Below are positions 1 to 12,600 of a DNA stretch of 64,000 bases, in pieces. The stretch is taken from positions 36,394,001-36,458,000 of the forward strand of contig CM052837.1 in the NCBI GenBank assembly GCA_028534125.1. Direction: 5' to 3'. Source of the DNA: Lama glama. Its lineage: Eukaryota. The notes below the pieces were generated by a model. It saw nothing but the letters and a program-made list of their open reading frames with translations. It was not told the DNA's origin and did not search any database. A program made the translations under genes and the position numbers. The number at the start of each line of letters is the position of its first letter. Position 1 is the first letter of the stretch.

Positions 1-282
1 TGGCTTTCTCTCTTTCTGCAGGAGCTCATTTGAATATGGGAATGCAGATTTTTCTTTTTTTGTTCCTTGTCTTCTTTTTTTCCCCCCAGTGACATTCTGA
101 GACAGCTCCTGGTGCGTCCTGAGAGATCAGGGCCCGGTTGTGATCAGAATGTTCCCCAAGGCCACTGATTAGGAATAAATACTGAATCTGATTTCCCTGC
201 CTTTAGGGACAAGGCTGAATTGGGCCCAGGGCCCAGGTGGCAGGAAGGAGAGAGGGGACAGGAGAACCAGGGATATAGTTGC

Positions 283-620
283 TGTGGTTTGGCTGCTAAT
301 GACAAAAACCAACTCAAAAAAGCCTCAGGAAAAGGAGTGTTTATTGCTGCCCATGGCTGTAAAGTCTAGGGGGTGGACTTCAGATACAGCTGCACCCAGG
401 AGCTCAAAGACCTGGTGCTTCTTTTCACCCATCTTTTCTCTGTGTTCACCTCATTCCCAGCAAGCAATATCTCCCTGAGTTCTCTCCTTGAAGCGCCGGG
501 CTGCTTTCCTGTATTCTCATCCACTTCCCAGGAGGAACGGCGCTGCCAACAGAACTCCAGAATTAGCCCCCTTGGCCTGACTGGGACAATCATGGTGGCC
601 AGCTGGGGCAGCATGGCCTG
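283..620. mobile_element. Old MaLR/ERVL-type LTR remnant (MLT1-like)
   Basis: ggctgctaatgacaaaaaccaactcaaa...tttattg...aaagtctagg...cttcag...cccagga; similar to the copy at 9605-10000. Confidence 0.55.
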
Positions 621-2894
621 AGCTTATAGCAGCCAGGGCACTCAGTGAGAGCTCAGTGGGAGGTCCCCGAGACGAACCTCACAGGTTGGGGCAGCGGGGA
701 CTGGGGCCTGCAGAGCTGGCCTGCTCCCTGGGCCTCTGAGTCGTCTGCTGCCTGGCTGCTGGGAGCACGGGGCCCGGGGTGGAAGCGAGGGTGAGGGGGT
801 GAGGGGCAGCGTGAGGGACGAGGGGCGGCTCTTCGCACATCGGACGCAGCAGACCACAGAGCCTGGGCAAGACAGCTCTGCAGTACCCCACTGGGTCGGC
901 CTGCAGGAAAGAAGCTGGCAGCCCTTCCTGCTTCATCCTTGCTGGGGAGACCCCCTGGGGCCTCGGCCTCCATGCAGGCAAAGGAGAGGCTGAGGTGCGG
1001 GGGCTCAGAGGCTGCAGGGAGCACAGAGGGTTTGAAGAGCTGAAGGGAGCATGGAGTCGGCCCTGGGTCTGACATGTCTTCACTGCCTGCCCTTCTCCCC
1101 TAAGGACAGTGCTCGGGTGGAGACACTGAACACAAGGGAAGAAGTCTCAGGAGGGCTCCCCAGAGGAGAGGCAGCCTCCAGAAGTCTGACCCGAGGGAGG
1201 CTCAGGGGCCCCCAGGGGGCCGGAGAGGAATACATGCCCTTCTCTAAGGAAGGGGACCCCTGAGCCCCAGGAAGTCCCCCTGCATGGCCCAGCCTGTGGC
1301 TCTGGGTGTGCCTGCCTCCCAGGGCTGGCCGTTAAGTGTTTGCTGGATGAATAAATGAAACCAGTTCATCTATGCAGGTTCTCTCCATGGGTTAAAAATG
1401 CATAAGCCACGGACGAAACCAGAAAGAGGGGAGAAGACAGGCCTTTCTCCAAGGAGCCTTCCCCGGAGCTCTGCGCGGGGTTGGCGTGGGCTGGCACGAG
1501 GCCTCAGGAGGGTCCCCAAATCCAGCAGTAGGGGGCCGGTCCCAGCCTGGGAACCTTCGCTGCACCCTCTAGAGTGCTCAGTGGGGCTGTGACCCACCAG
1601 TGTTACTGCGGCTGGGACCTGAACCAAGCACACACCAGGAGTCCCGGCCAGCACTGCTCCAGGGCCTTTGGACCAGGGCTTGCCCCGATCAGACCCTGAA
1701 CAGTCAGTGTCAAACCCTAAGGGCCTCTGAGCCTGGCCAGAGGTGGGGACAGCTGCTCTGATAAGCGCTAGGACCAGAGGCTTGAAGCACTGGGTGAGGA
1801 GGGGAGAGGATCGCCCGTGTGGCAGCAGGGGGACGATGCCCAGCTCTGCACAGCCCTGCTCCAGGGCCCTCTCCCCAGCTGCAGCTGCACCCAACCCCAG
1901 AGCTCCCCACTGTGGACCCACCCCCGCAGGAGCCTGTCCTGCTCTGTGCCTCTTGCCCAGAGCTTGCCCACATCGTGTCAGAGCACAAATGCCTTGCCCG
2001 CCAGAGCCGCCCCCAGAATCACCCTCCCTTTGGGGTTCCTGCCCCCTGCTGGCCCTCTCCTGCGGTGACCAGGTTGGGTGGCCCTGGTGAGAATGCTGAC
2101 GAGCTGAACTGGGCCTGGTGACCCCAGTCCTTTCTGCAGAGTCCAGGCATGGGGTCTGAGGCTGGACGGCCGGCTGGAGGCAGCTGCCCTGCAATGCCCT
2201 CCCCGTGGAAGGCGCAGCTGACGTCACAGTGCAGGTAAAGTGGTCTGTCTGGGGCAGGGAACCGGGTGGCTGCTGGGCTGGGCACGCTGGGGCCATCCTG
2301 GGGGTCTGACTGCTGGTACAGGCACCCTGTCTGGCTGATGCACCGCTCTGCTCTGAGAGGCCAGCAGCCCCCTCCCCAGACCTCATCAGGGCCCCCAAGG
2401 CCCAGCCCCATCCTGGAGCAGCCACCTACCTTCTCTTCCCGGCACACGCCCCCCCCACCCTGCCCCGCCCCCGTGCCACCCTCCCCTCCCAGAAGCCCTT
2501 AGGGTTACCCCAGTTCCCGATCTGCCTGTGCTGTTCCGTGCTCGGGCCCAGAGGGCGTGCGTGTGCAGGTGCGCGTGTCACAGACGATTGGGTCAGCCCC
2601 GGGCAAACGAGCAGCGCCCTGACCCTGCGTGGGCCTCCGGGGCCCTCCTCCTCCCAAGGCAGCCTTCGGGGTGGAGTGAGAAGGAGGGGCCCACTCCGGG
2701 AGCCGCTTCCTGCCGGAGACCGAGCCGGCCCCACAACTGCACCTCCGTTTACTCCCCGAGTCCCCTGGGAGCCTGTGCTGTCAGGAAAATAACAAATGAG
2801 CCAACTGTCTCAGTGCTGGGGGCGCCGGCTTCAGTTAATGAAATGTCCCTCGAGTCCTTGAGGAGGAAGGAGGGGGCCGGGGCGACTCCCACGG

Positions 2895-3066
2895 CATGTC
2901 TGCGTGCATGTGTGTCTGTGTGTGTAGGTACGTGTGTGTGTGTATGACTGCATGTCTGTGTACACGGGGGCCTGGCTGTGGGTCTGGTGTGTTCTCATGT
3001 CTGTGGGTCTGTGTGTGTCTGTGTCCAAGTGCATATGTGCACACGTGTCCATCTGTGAGTGTGTTT
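2895..3066. repeat. Degenerate (TG)n low-complexity tract
   Basis: tgtgtgtctgtgtgtgtaggtacgtgtgtgtgtgtatg... Confidence 0.8.
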
Positions 3067-3879
3067 CTGACTTGAGCCTAGGGTAGGGGCTCCTGGAGGA
3101 AGCTGGGACATGTCCTCCTCCCACCCTGTAGGGACAGGTCAAGTCGGAGAAATGTCCCCTCTCCCTACACAAGTGGCATTGACTGTAGGACCAGGTCTGG
3201 GGCCAGGGAAGGGGTCAAGAAGCTCTCGAGTCAGCCCCTCCCCCAGTCACTGGCCGGCTGCATGCAGACTTGAGCACACACTCACACACGCAGCGGGACA
3301 ACACAACACGTGAAGCGTGGGCAGCCCCCACCAGGCCCGGGCGCCCGGCCCAGCTCAGCAGGTGAGAGGCCTGGCGAGGCAGCACCCTCTGGGTCCTGCC
3401 GGGGGGCTAAGGGAACTTCGCTTAGGAAGCAGCTCGTTTTCCTTAGGACCCGCCCCGCCAGGTGGCTGTGCGGTTTCCCACCTCCACCTGGGACACTGCT
3501 TGACCCAGGCCCCAAGCAGAAAGTGGTAGGGCTGGGTTTTGACTAAGAACAATGGAGTCTGAGCCCCAGACCAGAGCCCTGCCATCTGCAGGGGCACAGC
3601 AGGGCCACCTGGGTTCTCCCCACGGCCCTGGGAGCTTGTTACCCCAGGGGGACCCCATCCTCTCCCCCAGCCCTGGCCTGACCTTAGTTTGGGTCCACCT
3701 TTTCCTGGCGTTGCATTATTCTCTCACATTTTCTAAGTTTGCTGAGCCAATTCATGTAGAATTGGAAACACTCGCAATAAGTAACGATGTTCACTGCAAG
3801 GCTCTTCACTGGGAAGCCCTGAGGGAGAGAGGAAGGGTCCAAAAGACTGTCCTGACAGGTAGCCATCCTCCCCACGCCT

Positions 3880-4200
3880 GAAGAAGTGGGCATGGAAACC
3901 TTGGCTCAACAGGGCACTCATCTGACCGTTCACTGGTGGCATATCTCCTTCAGGTAGGGCTGGATCCAGGAGCCCAACTGCTGTCATCAGAGCCTGCATC
4001 TCTCAGCCCCACTCTCCTCTCCTGCAGTCACTCCCTTTGCTGCGGCACCTCCAAGCTGACCTCCCACAGCTCACTGCCCCCAGAGCTGATGCAGGGCCTC
4101 TTGTCCAAGCCCATGACCCAGCTGATTATCTCAGTGAGTAGTGATGTCCCAGGTTCCAGTCACATGCCACGGTCTGGGCCAGAGGTGGGGTCAGCCTGTG
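3880..4200. mobile_element. Old MLT1-like LTR remnant
   Basis: cttcaggtagggctggatccaggagcccaactgctgtcatcag...gtcacatgcc. Confidence 0.45.
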
Positions 4201-6654
4201 GATGGGTGTCCCCACAGGAGGATTTGGGGTCATTCCCAGAAGGCAGAGTAGATGATGGGCAGAGCACCAGATGCTGGTCATGGGGCCACGACTGTGCCCC
4301 TCTGCCCTCAAGCCCACCCTAAACAGCCCCGTCTACCTGACTCTGGGGTACTTTCACACACCTTGCCTCCTCTGGGCCTCACCACGCCCTGGGGAAACTG
4401 AGGCTCTGAGCGCCCCTTTGCTAGCAAGTGGACTCATTTGGGCCTGTGGGTTCCATCACACCCCCAGCTGCCTCCCCAGCCCAGCCCCACCCACCTCCTG
4501 CTGGCCTCCAGGGGCGTTTATTGAGCACCTACTGTGTGCGGCTCGGCTAGGAGCCCAGAAGGCAGCATTGTTCCTGAGACTGGTAAGTGTGCAGAGGTCC
4601 CAGGCAACTTTGTCTCCAGGGGTGCCTTGGAGAGGACACACCCAGGTCCTGAGGGCCCAAGCTCCTGGCCGTGGGACTCCTGGGCAGGCTGCCTTTCCTG
4701 GGCTGGGGCAGGGCTGGCCAAGCGCCCAGCACGAAGCCTCCTGTCAGCCCCTTTGCCTCTTTCCCAGAACAGGCCTGGCCTGCTCGCCCAGCCTAGGGGC
4801 CGGAGGGCCGGAGCCACCCTGCTGGCTGCACGCAACTCCCATGGCCCCAGAAGAGGAGAGGCAGCACCCCAAGGGCCGCAGCTCCTGCACTGAACCCCTC
4901 TCAGCACAGCTACAAAATTTGAAGCTCCCTGTGCAACATAAAACTGTGCCTCCCCCCGAAATTAAAAATTTCAAGATGGCAAGAGCAGAGCATTAAACTG
5001 AGCATGGAGCCCACGGGACTGCAGGCTGCACACCTGTGAGCCTGCCTCACCCACTGCCCCTGCTGCGGTGGCCACCTCTCCTGCCACTGGGAGCCCACCA
5101 GGGAAGGTCCCCCCACTGTGACAGCCTGGCACTTGATGGTTAGCTGTCCCCACCTCTCCCCTTCCCTGCCTTCCTCTGCAGGGATGGAATGCGCAGAGCA
5201 CGCCTCTCCTCTGAAGGACCCCAAATGTCCAGCTCTCTCTTACCCAAGCCCCCCGCTTCCGCCCCCCTTATCTCACCCCCCCCAGCAAGAGTGCTGCTGC
5301 TGGGAATGGCGGTGGGGCCGCCACGACCAGGCCCGTCCCCACTGGCCTCGGCTGCTCCCAGGAAGAGGAATGAATCATACTGCCTTCAGCACCCCATCCC
5401 TGCTCCTTGGGCAAGTTTAAACTTTGCCCCCTCCCACCCCCGTGCCTGGCAGCTCCCCTGGCCGGGCTAGCAGCTCCAACAAGTTAAATTTAACCCAGCC
5501 CAAACTGTCTTTCTCTCCGCTCCCACTCGCCCCCTGGTCCTCTGCGCACAGATGCGCCCACACCCCTCCTGCTCCACGGGAGCCCCTGGGAAGGGTGGAG
5601 AGAGGAGGCCCAGACACTCCCACTTGCCCAGGGCTCCTTGCCACAGACTCCTTGTCCAGCTGATGTTCCCTGCCTGGCACCATGCTGGGGCACCCAGTAG
5701 GCACACAGGCTGTGTGTGCCAAGGGTATCAGGGACTGTGAGCTGAGCGTTCCACTTTGCATGTGGCACAGCCCTTCCTTTCCAGGCAGCTACTGTGAGCC
5801 CACACCGTGCCAGGTGTTCACATCTCTGGACCTGCCAGAGGACGCTGGAGGAGATCTGGGGGCCAAGGGCAGGCCTGGCCACATGTAATTTTCTGGGTGG
5901 TCTCAGGGGTCTCCGTCAGGGGAGGACAGTAGACACGTCCTTTGACAAGTGGCCACACATAATCTTCTTCCTTGGGTCCTCTGTTTTATTCAGGCTGGCA
6001 ATGCACTCAGCTAAAATGCTGCTGTTTCACCAAGAGTGGCATGGAACAAAGTTCTGGCTAGCGAGACATGAGCAGAAGTGCCTGGTGTACTGTCAAATAT
6101 GCACGTGATGGCTGGAGTGTCAGCAGCCATCTTGGATTATGAGGTGACACTGAGAATGGACGCAAGCACTAGAGCAGTGATACAAGGAGGTGGGAACTGG
6201 GCACCCTGCCAACCCTGGACAGCGTAGACTTGGGTCACATGGGAGAGAAGTACATTTCTGTTTTGTTGAAGTCTCTGTTGTTCTGGGTTTTCTCATCTGT
6301 GCAGCTCTAGCTAACCCTAAAAAAGCAGGCAATCAAGCTGGCCCAAATGGCCCCCCAGCGAGAGAGGAGGCCACTTCGGAGTCCCACAAGACATTCCACA
6401 GGGGGAAAAATGTCTCCCAGTTCCAGCTGGTCATGGGTCTGCAGCAGTGCCCTCTATGTCCCGGCCAGCCCCACCAGAGGGGAAGGGGCCCTGGGAAGGG
6501 GGACACCTGGCGTTGTTTAAACAGCATCACAGACCCACTTGGCCATGGCACCCTTTCCTCTAGAAACACCTGGCAGCAGTCAGACAGGCCCCGGGGGTCC
6601 ACAGCACCACGCTTGGGAGACTCTTCAGGGCGTTTCACTGAGACAGTGCACCCA

Positions 6655-6705
6655 GAGGAACTCAGCCCAGCACTGGGCACACAGTAAGTGCTCAATAAAT
6701 GCTAG
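6655..6705 (+). mobile_element. MIR/L2 3' tail
   Basis: ctgggcacacagtaagtgctcaataaatgc. An antisense copy lies at about 4514-4540 and an L2-like tail at about 1333-1360. Confidence 0.6.
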
Positions 6706-8254
6706 GGCTGCTGCTGAAGCTGGCAGTGGGGCCCATGTCAACTCTGAGCGTGGAGGTCGCCCCCTTCCGCCAGACGCCTCACTCCTGCCTCCGCCCCGCC
6801 CTTTCTCTCTGCCCCCGCGGGTCTGCTCCTGCCTGGGCCTTCGTAGGGCAGGCAGCGTGGTCTCATGGCCGATCTCCTCCCACAGAGGCCCCGGGGGCTG
6901 GGGGCAGCGCGCCACTGAATCAGGTGGGGTCCACCAGGAAGGCTGGATTTGCAAAGAGATGCAGCAGTGAGGAAGGCGCGGGATAAAAAGTTTATAAGAG
7001 GAATACATGTGTTCTCTTTTGGCAGAATTTCTCGGTTGCAGATTGCTCAGGTCCCAAAGCCACGGGAAAGAAAAAAAGAAAAAGCCCTTTGCCGCTGCTA
7101 TTGATAACTTGTCTCTCTCCACATGGTGGGTTCAGCGCTAAAAATACTCTTCGACGGCAGGGAAGCTGAGCACTGTCACATTGCAGAGGAGATTTGAAAG
7201 CGGCATAGGGAAGGATCAGCTTGGGCCACGTGAGGGCCATGGCCAGGCCTCGGTGGCTGGCTGTCCTCTGGCCACCCAGGTTGCACCCCAGAAGATTCCC
7301 TGGCATTCCACAGAAGGGAGTGGGGAAATGTCCTCTCCATGGACCTGGTGGGTGTCAGGGAGGGGTGTGAGCCTCAGGCTGGAACTCCGCAGGGGCAAAG
7401 GCCAGGTCAGCAATGCAGGGCACCCAGCATCCTCGGTGCCCAGCTCTGCTGGAGCTCTGGCCACAGACTGAGCTAAAGGGATCCACCCAGGCTCAGAAAA
7501 CTGCTGGGAGGGAGGAGTGAAGCCAGCGAGAGAGCAGTGGGCTGTGGGGAGGACTAGCACCGCTGCAGTGTGGCCTGCTCTCGGAGCCTCAGTTTCCCCA
7601 TTGAAGGGGGGCCAAGAGTCTGTTCTGCCGTCTCACGGTGAGATGGAAGGAAGGAGGGCAGTGCCTGTGAACGTGCTCCCTCCCACGCTGCTGGGACTGT
7701 GGGACCCCAGGACACCGGGCTTCATGCCAACAGGGTCAGCTGGCCGAGGGAAGGCAAGCTGCCGCCCAGGGGACTTGTGGGCCATGATATCACCTGATCT
7801 TGATTCAGAAGGAGCTGGACCGGGAGGCTCCTGTCATCCTTGCCTGGGGTGGGGGGAAGGTCACAGGCAGACATGACTGAGGGGCTTACTTTTGGGGTTG
7901 GCCTGATCTGAGAGCAGCTCCAGTGGGACAGCCACCCCAAAAGTTATCTGCTAGTCCAGTACATCTCAAGCTCTGAGAGTGCATATGTGGATGGACCCCT
8001 AGGGTCCTGCAGGGATTCTGGGGCCAAGCCAGGTGAGAGTGCTCGGGATGGAGGGGACACCATGACGACCTCCCCGCCAGGTGGCAGGAATCTGAGATCC
8101 TGGCCACGAGCCCCCTCTGACCACCCCCCTCCCCACCAGGTCCCAGGAACACGTGGGCACCTTATTCAGGTGTAGATCCTGGTCCTGGAGGTCTGGGCGG
8201 GGCTCTGCCTTTCTGACAAGCTCCTGGACTGTGCCAGGCTGCTGGGCTCCAGGA

Positions 8255-8450
8255 ACCTACTGGGCCTGGGCCACTTCCTTTTTGCAGGTCCCAGGTGAGT
8301 CACTTCCCCTGCTTGAGGCTCAGTCTGCTCATCTGTAAAGTGGGAATGATGACACACTGACACATAGTATCTATTTGATCAGCTGTTGCAAACATGAAAC
8401 TGAGTGAGGCATGTAAATTATGAGGCACTGGGTACTGCCAGCTGTCATCA
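8255..8450 (+). mobile_element. MIR SINE
   Basis: gagtcacttcccct...ctcagtctgctcatctgtaaagtgggaatgatga matches the MIR core. Confidence 0.75.
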
Positions 8451-9604
8451 TCCGCTCATCATTATTGCACGGCCCCAAACCCTCTTTGTCTCCTTTTCTG
8501 CTCCAATTTCCATCCCATTCCTGGAGAATTTTGCCTCTGGAATTGGCCTCTTGACCTAGTGAAGATCATGTAAAACAAAAAAAAGTTCCTGAGATGGTCC
8601 CAAGGAACCCTCTTGCCAGCCTCCACCTGAGGGAGGAGTCCTGCCCAATCCTGGCCAAGGCGACCAGGAAAGAGGAAGCAACAGCTGACACTCAGCCCAG
8701 TTTACTGCATCTGTTTAAAGGGGATAAACCGTCATCCCAGGCGCAGGACCCAGCTGGGATCAGACCCCACGCCCACCCCTAAAGCCAGGGCTGAGATGGC
8801 CACACTTAGCCTAGGATGGCCGTGGGCAGAAAGGAGGCTCACCCAACCCAGCCCCTCCTCTGGCCTGATCAGTCTGATGCTGCACTCACTCCTGGAGTTT
8901 ATGGCCAAGGGATGATGGCTAGGTTGAACCCCTCAGGGGCATGTCTTTTGCACAGGAGTCTGAGTCTTAGAGGCTTGTCAGGGTGAGAGAAGTGGAGGGC
9001 AGTGGCTCTGGGTCCCTGTGCTGGACCCGGGCCAGGCCTACAAGGGAAGCTGCAGGGCATCTCCGTGGCAACCGGCCTTGTCCTTGTCCTGGCTTGGGAG
9101 CCTGCATGCTACACCCTTCCCTCTCCTGCTAGAGTCGGTTTCTTCAGAGGTAACCATGGCAACGCCTTTGTTTCTGAGGCCTGGCCCCGCCTCCCTCTGG
9201 GCTTTTCTCCTCAGCAGAGGCTGGGAGAGCTCCTTCTCAGTCCCTGCACGTCTCTGGCGCCTGCTGACAGTGGGTCCACCAGTGAGCTGGGGCCAGACCC
9301 TGGGATGGGGGATGACTGGCTTTCTGGGCCCAGAAACCTTGCTTATGTCCTGCTACATACGGGAGGCACCGGCAGCTGCATGGGGGCTACGGAGGCAGCT
9401 AAGGCCCGCCCCTGCCCTCAAGGCACCTACGGTCCAGTCCCCCACACCCCGGCTGGAAAAGGGGAAACGTGTTCTGAGGAGGGAGGGCAGGGCCAAACTA
9501 GGGCTCGCTTTGCGGACGAGCCAGAGATGAGCAGGAACTTCAGAATGAGCTGCACGGTCACGGGGAGTCTGTCGGCACCCTCATGCGGCCAGGGTCCCAG
9601 TGTG

Positions 9605-10000
9605 CTTTTGGTACCAACTCAAACTGGCTTAAGCAGAAAAGAAAATGCAGCAGCTCACTTTACTGAGAAGTCTAGGATGGAGCTTGGTGAAGGTGCAGCT
9701 GGTTCTAGGTGACCCAGGGCTATTTGCTCTTGCTTTCCTCTGAGTTGGTGTCATTCTCAGGTGTCCCCCTCCCTCATGGTGACAAGATGCCCTTCAGTAG
9801 GCCCAGGTTTACATCTTTCTGCCACTTAGCCCAGCTCTTTGGAGGTATGTGGGCAGATGGGAGAGTTATTCCCTATCTTCCCTCTGGCTTGAGCAGAAGT
9901 CCCAGGGTTGACCCTCACTGGCCAGGACAGGGTCTCCTGCTCACCCTTGAACCAATCGCTGTGACTCTGAGCAGCAGCCTGATTCATGTTACTCCATCTA
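9605..10000. mobile_element. Old MLT1-like LTR remnant
   Basis: ccaactcaaactggcttaagcagaaaag...actgagaagtctagg...cccttgaaccaatcgctgtg. Confidence 0.6.
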
Positions 10001-10069
10001 CCCCAAGCCAGACCCAAGACTCAAATGGGATAAGGATGGGAGAAGCCTGGTTTGCAAAGGAAAATCTTG

Positions 10070-10165
10070 GTATCCACAGGCTCAGAGAGGTTAGTTTACT
10101 TGCCCACGGCCACACAGCAGGTAAGGATGAAGCTCGGGTCTGACTCCAGAGCTTCTGGGCTTAGC
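10070..10165 (-). mobile_element. MIR SINE fragment
   Basis: aggctcagagaggttagtttacttgcccacggccacacagc...gtctgactccagagc. Confidence 0.75.
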
Positions 10166-10399
10166 CGCGGAGCCGCTGCTGGTCAGTGAGAGCAAAAAGA
10201 TTTCAAACAAGGGAGTGAACTGTCAGGGATGCAGCCGGAAGGTAAAGTGGCGCCGGGTTTGGGTGAATGGTGAAACGCATGGCACGGAGGGTGACGGTGG
10301 GAAGCCCTGCAAGATGCTTGAGCTGAGGGAGGCAGCTCTGGGTGACTCAAGCCTCCACCCGTCCTCTGGGGCTGGGAGTCGCGGGCACAGAAGCCCTTG

Positions 10400-11350
10400 C
10401 CGGCGGAGCCTCAGCGCCAGCGCTGGAGCCACCTGACTCACTGTTTGTAAACTCCGCTCGCCCAGCCACGCCCCTTCCTCCCTCCGGCCCGCCTCTTTCG
10501 GGTCAATATCTGCATAACCCCGCCCACCAATTCCTGGATTGGTCGCTCGGGTCGTCACTCCTCCGCGTGGGCGGGATCCCCGAGGGGCGGAGGGAGGTGC
10601 CGCTCTAGAGACTGATTAGCATAGTCCTGCCTCTCGGCGCGGCTCTCGGGCCGGGCGCTGATTGGACGGGCGGCGGCCGACGCAGTGGCGCCGGGCTCAG
10701 CGAGTGGCAGGCGCGGGCTGTCAGTCTGCAGGGCGGCCGGCCGCACTTCCGCCTCGGTGTCAGTGGGTCGCGGGCCTGCGGGGCGGGGGCGGGGCGGGCA
10801 GCGGGGCTCGGCCGGCGCGGGAGGGACCGCGGTCCAGGTGAGTGACCCGGCCGGGACTCCGACCCCGCGTCTCCCGGGGACCGAGCCCGGCATCGGGCGG
10901 GCGGGCCTGGGCCGCGGGCGGCGGGAAGGCGGGCCGGGCCGGGGGGAGCCGGAGCCCCGTGCCCCCCGCCCGCCGGCCAGGCCCCGGCCCCGGCCCGGCC
11001 CGCCCGGCCACCCGCCGCCCGCCCGCCCGCCGGCCGCGGCCCGGCCCCGAGGAAACTTGGGAGAAAAGTTGGCGGCGGGCGGCGGGGCGGCGGGTGCGGC
11101 GGGCCTGGGTCCCCCGGCAGCCGCCCAGACCCCGCGTCGCCGGGCAACTGCGGACCCGGGGCCCGCCTGGCCGCCGCCGCACCCGGAAGTCGGGCTGGGA
11201 GCGATGGGGCCCGGCGCCTGCCAGCCCGCCTTTGCGGTCAGGGATGAGTGAGGGGGCGCGCCGGGCAGGGGCGCTGCGACCCCCGGCTTCTCCTGCGTGT
11301 CCGCGCTCAGCCAGTAAGGCAGGGTCCCCTCCCGCCCCGGCGACCACCTG
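10400..11350. promoter_or_regulatory. OSBPL2 CpG-island promoter
   Basis: Very dense CpG. CCAAT at 10527, ATTGG at 10538 and 10661, GC boxes at 10518 and 10780-10798, ETS motifs CACTTCCG at 10744 and CCGGAAGT at about 11183. Confidence 0.9.
10745..10837 (+). other. OSBPL2: OSBPL2 non-coding exon 1 (5' end approximate)
   Basis: Consensus donor CAG|GTGAGT at 10837/10838 inside the CpG island; no ATG in the exon. Confidence 0.8.
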
Positions 11351-12379
11351 TGGGTTTGTCTGGGCCCTGCAGGGCTTTGTGCATGTGTCCACCCCTTCCC
11401 CTGCTCTTCGTTTTGTTTTTAATTTGTCCCCCTTAGCAGACTATCCATACTGTCCAGAGCTCCTTACTTAACACATGTTAGATGAATTAGATAAACTGAT
11501 TTTTTAGAAGGTTCCTTCTTTCTCCGCAGTTACATTTCAGTAATCAGCAGATGAGTCTTGAGACTTTGCAAGCCCAGACCAAGACTGTTGGGTAATCACA
11601 AATCAGTCTTCCCCAGGGTTTTTCTGGGACAAGAAGCCAGCGGGGTGTTAGGATGTTCCTGGCACTCCTGAGTGTGAGGGTCACCTCCCAGCTCCCAGGA
11701 AGCTGCGCTTCTGTCCTTGGGGCTTTTATCCTGACAGGTCAGTCTAGGACAAGCCCTGGGCCGGCAGCCAGCAGCTTTTGCGTTAGTCCCTTCTCTCGGG
11801 CTGCCTGTGCACATCTGGAGCAGGGGTCTTACTCAGTTCAGTTTGACAGACGTTTTTGGAATGTCCGCTGCCAGCCTGGCTGTGAGCTGCAGAACCTCTC
11901 CATCCACTGGAGGTGTTGAGAGGACACAGCTAGGGAGCAGAGGCGTCCTGGGACCCCCCCCTCACCCTGGTTGCCCCTTGCCGTGGTGGCAGAGCAAAGG
12001 CCCTTAATGAGTTTGTGCACTGAGCAGTGTTATCCCATCTCTTCTGGCCTCAGTTCCTTCCCCTGCGACACGTCCTGTTTACCTGGCAGGGCTGATGAGA
12101 GGGGCAATTGAAAGGATTGTCTCCAGCTTTCCCTGGTGGTGCTCCAGATTGCGCCACAGTTCCAAATTGTGGTGTCCAGTTGTTCCCTTCCCCCCACCCC
12201 CACAAGGACAGGAACTTACGGGCTACACTTCCTCCTTGCCCGGCACAGTGCCCCATGTTCTCGTGTAAAACATGACCCTCAGCGCATGGATGACTCGTCT
12301 CCTTAGAGTTTACCTCTCCTGCCTGCCTCACCTGGCCTTCTGTTAATAACAGCTCTTGTCCAAGGTGGTGACAGTGAGT

Positions 12380-12600
12380 AACAGGTGTTATTCCAGGACT
12401 GCTGCAAGCACATCACACTCGCTTTATGCACATGGCTTTCACGACAACCTACGAGGCTGGTCCTTAGTTATGTCTAGTCTATTCATGCGGAAGCTCAGGA
12501 GAGAGAGGTTAACTGACTGACTCTAAATCACACGGTAGTAAGTTACAGTGCAGGGATTTGAACCCAGGCAGTCTGGCTCCAGAGTTCACACTCTTGCATG
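12380..12600 (-). mobile_element. MIR SINE
   Basis: agagaggttaactgact...gggatttgaacccaggcagtctggctccagag. Confidence 0.8.

Noticed and set aside
1370-2425. 351-aa minus-strand ORF
   Set aside because: No recognisable domain, and the Gly/Ala/Pro/Arg-rich composition is typical of stop-poor GC-rich DNA. It is not HRH3.
6206-6620. REST/RE1 half-sites (GGACAGCG at about 6217, CAGCACCACG at about 6602)
   Set aside because: Each matches only one half of the 21-bp consensus, and they are far apart.
10555-11471. Overlapping 110-210-aa ORFs in the OSBPL2 CpG island, and similar ones at 54000-55450
   Set aside because: They are open in several frames on both strands because of extreme GC content.
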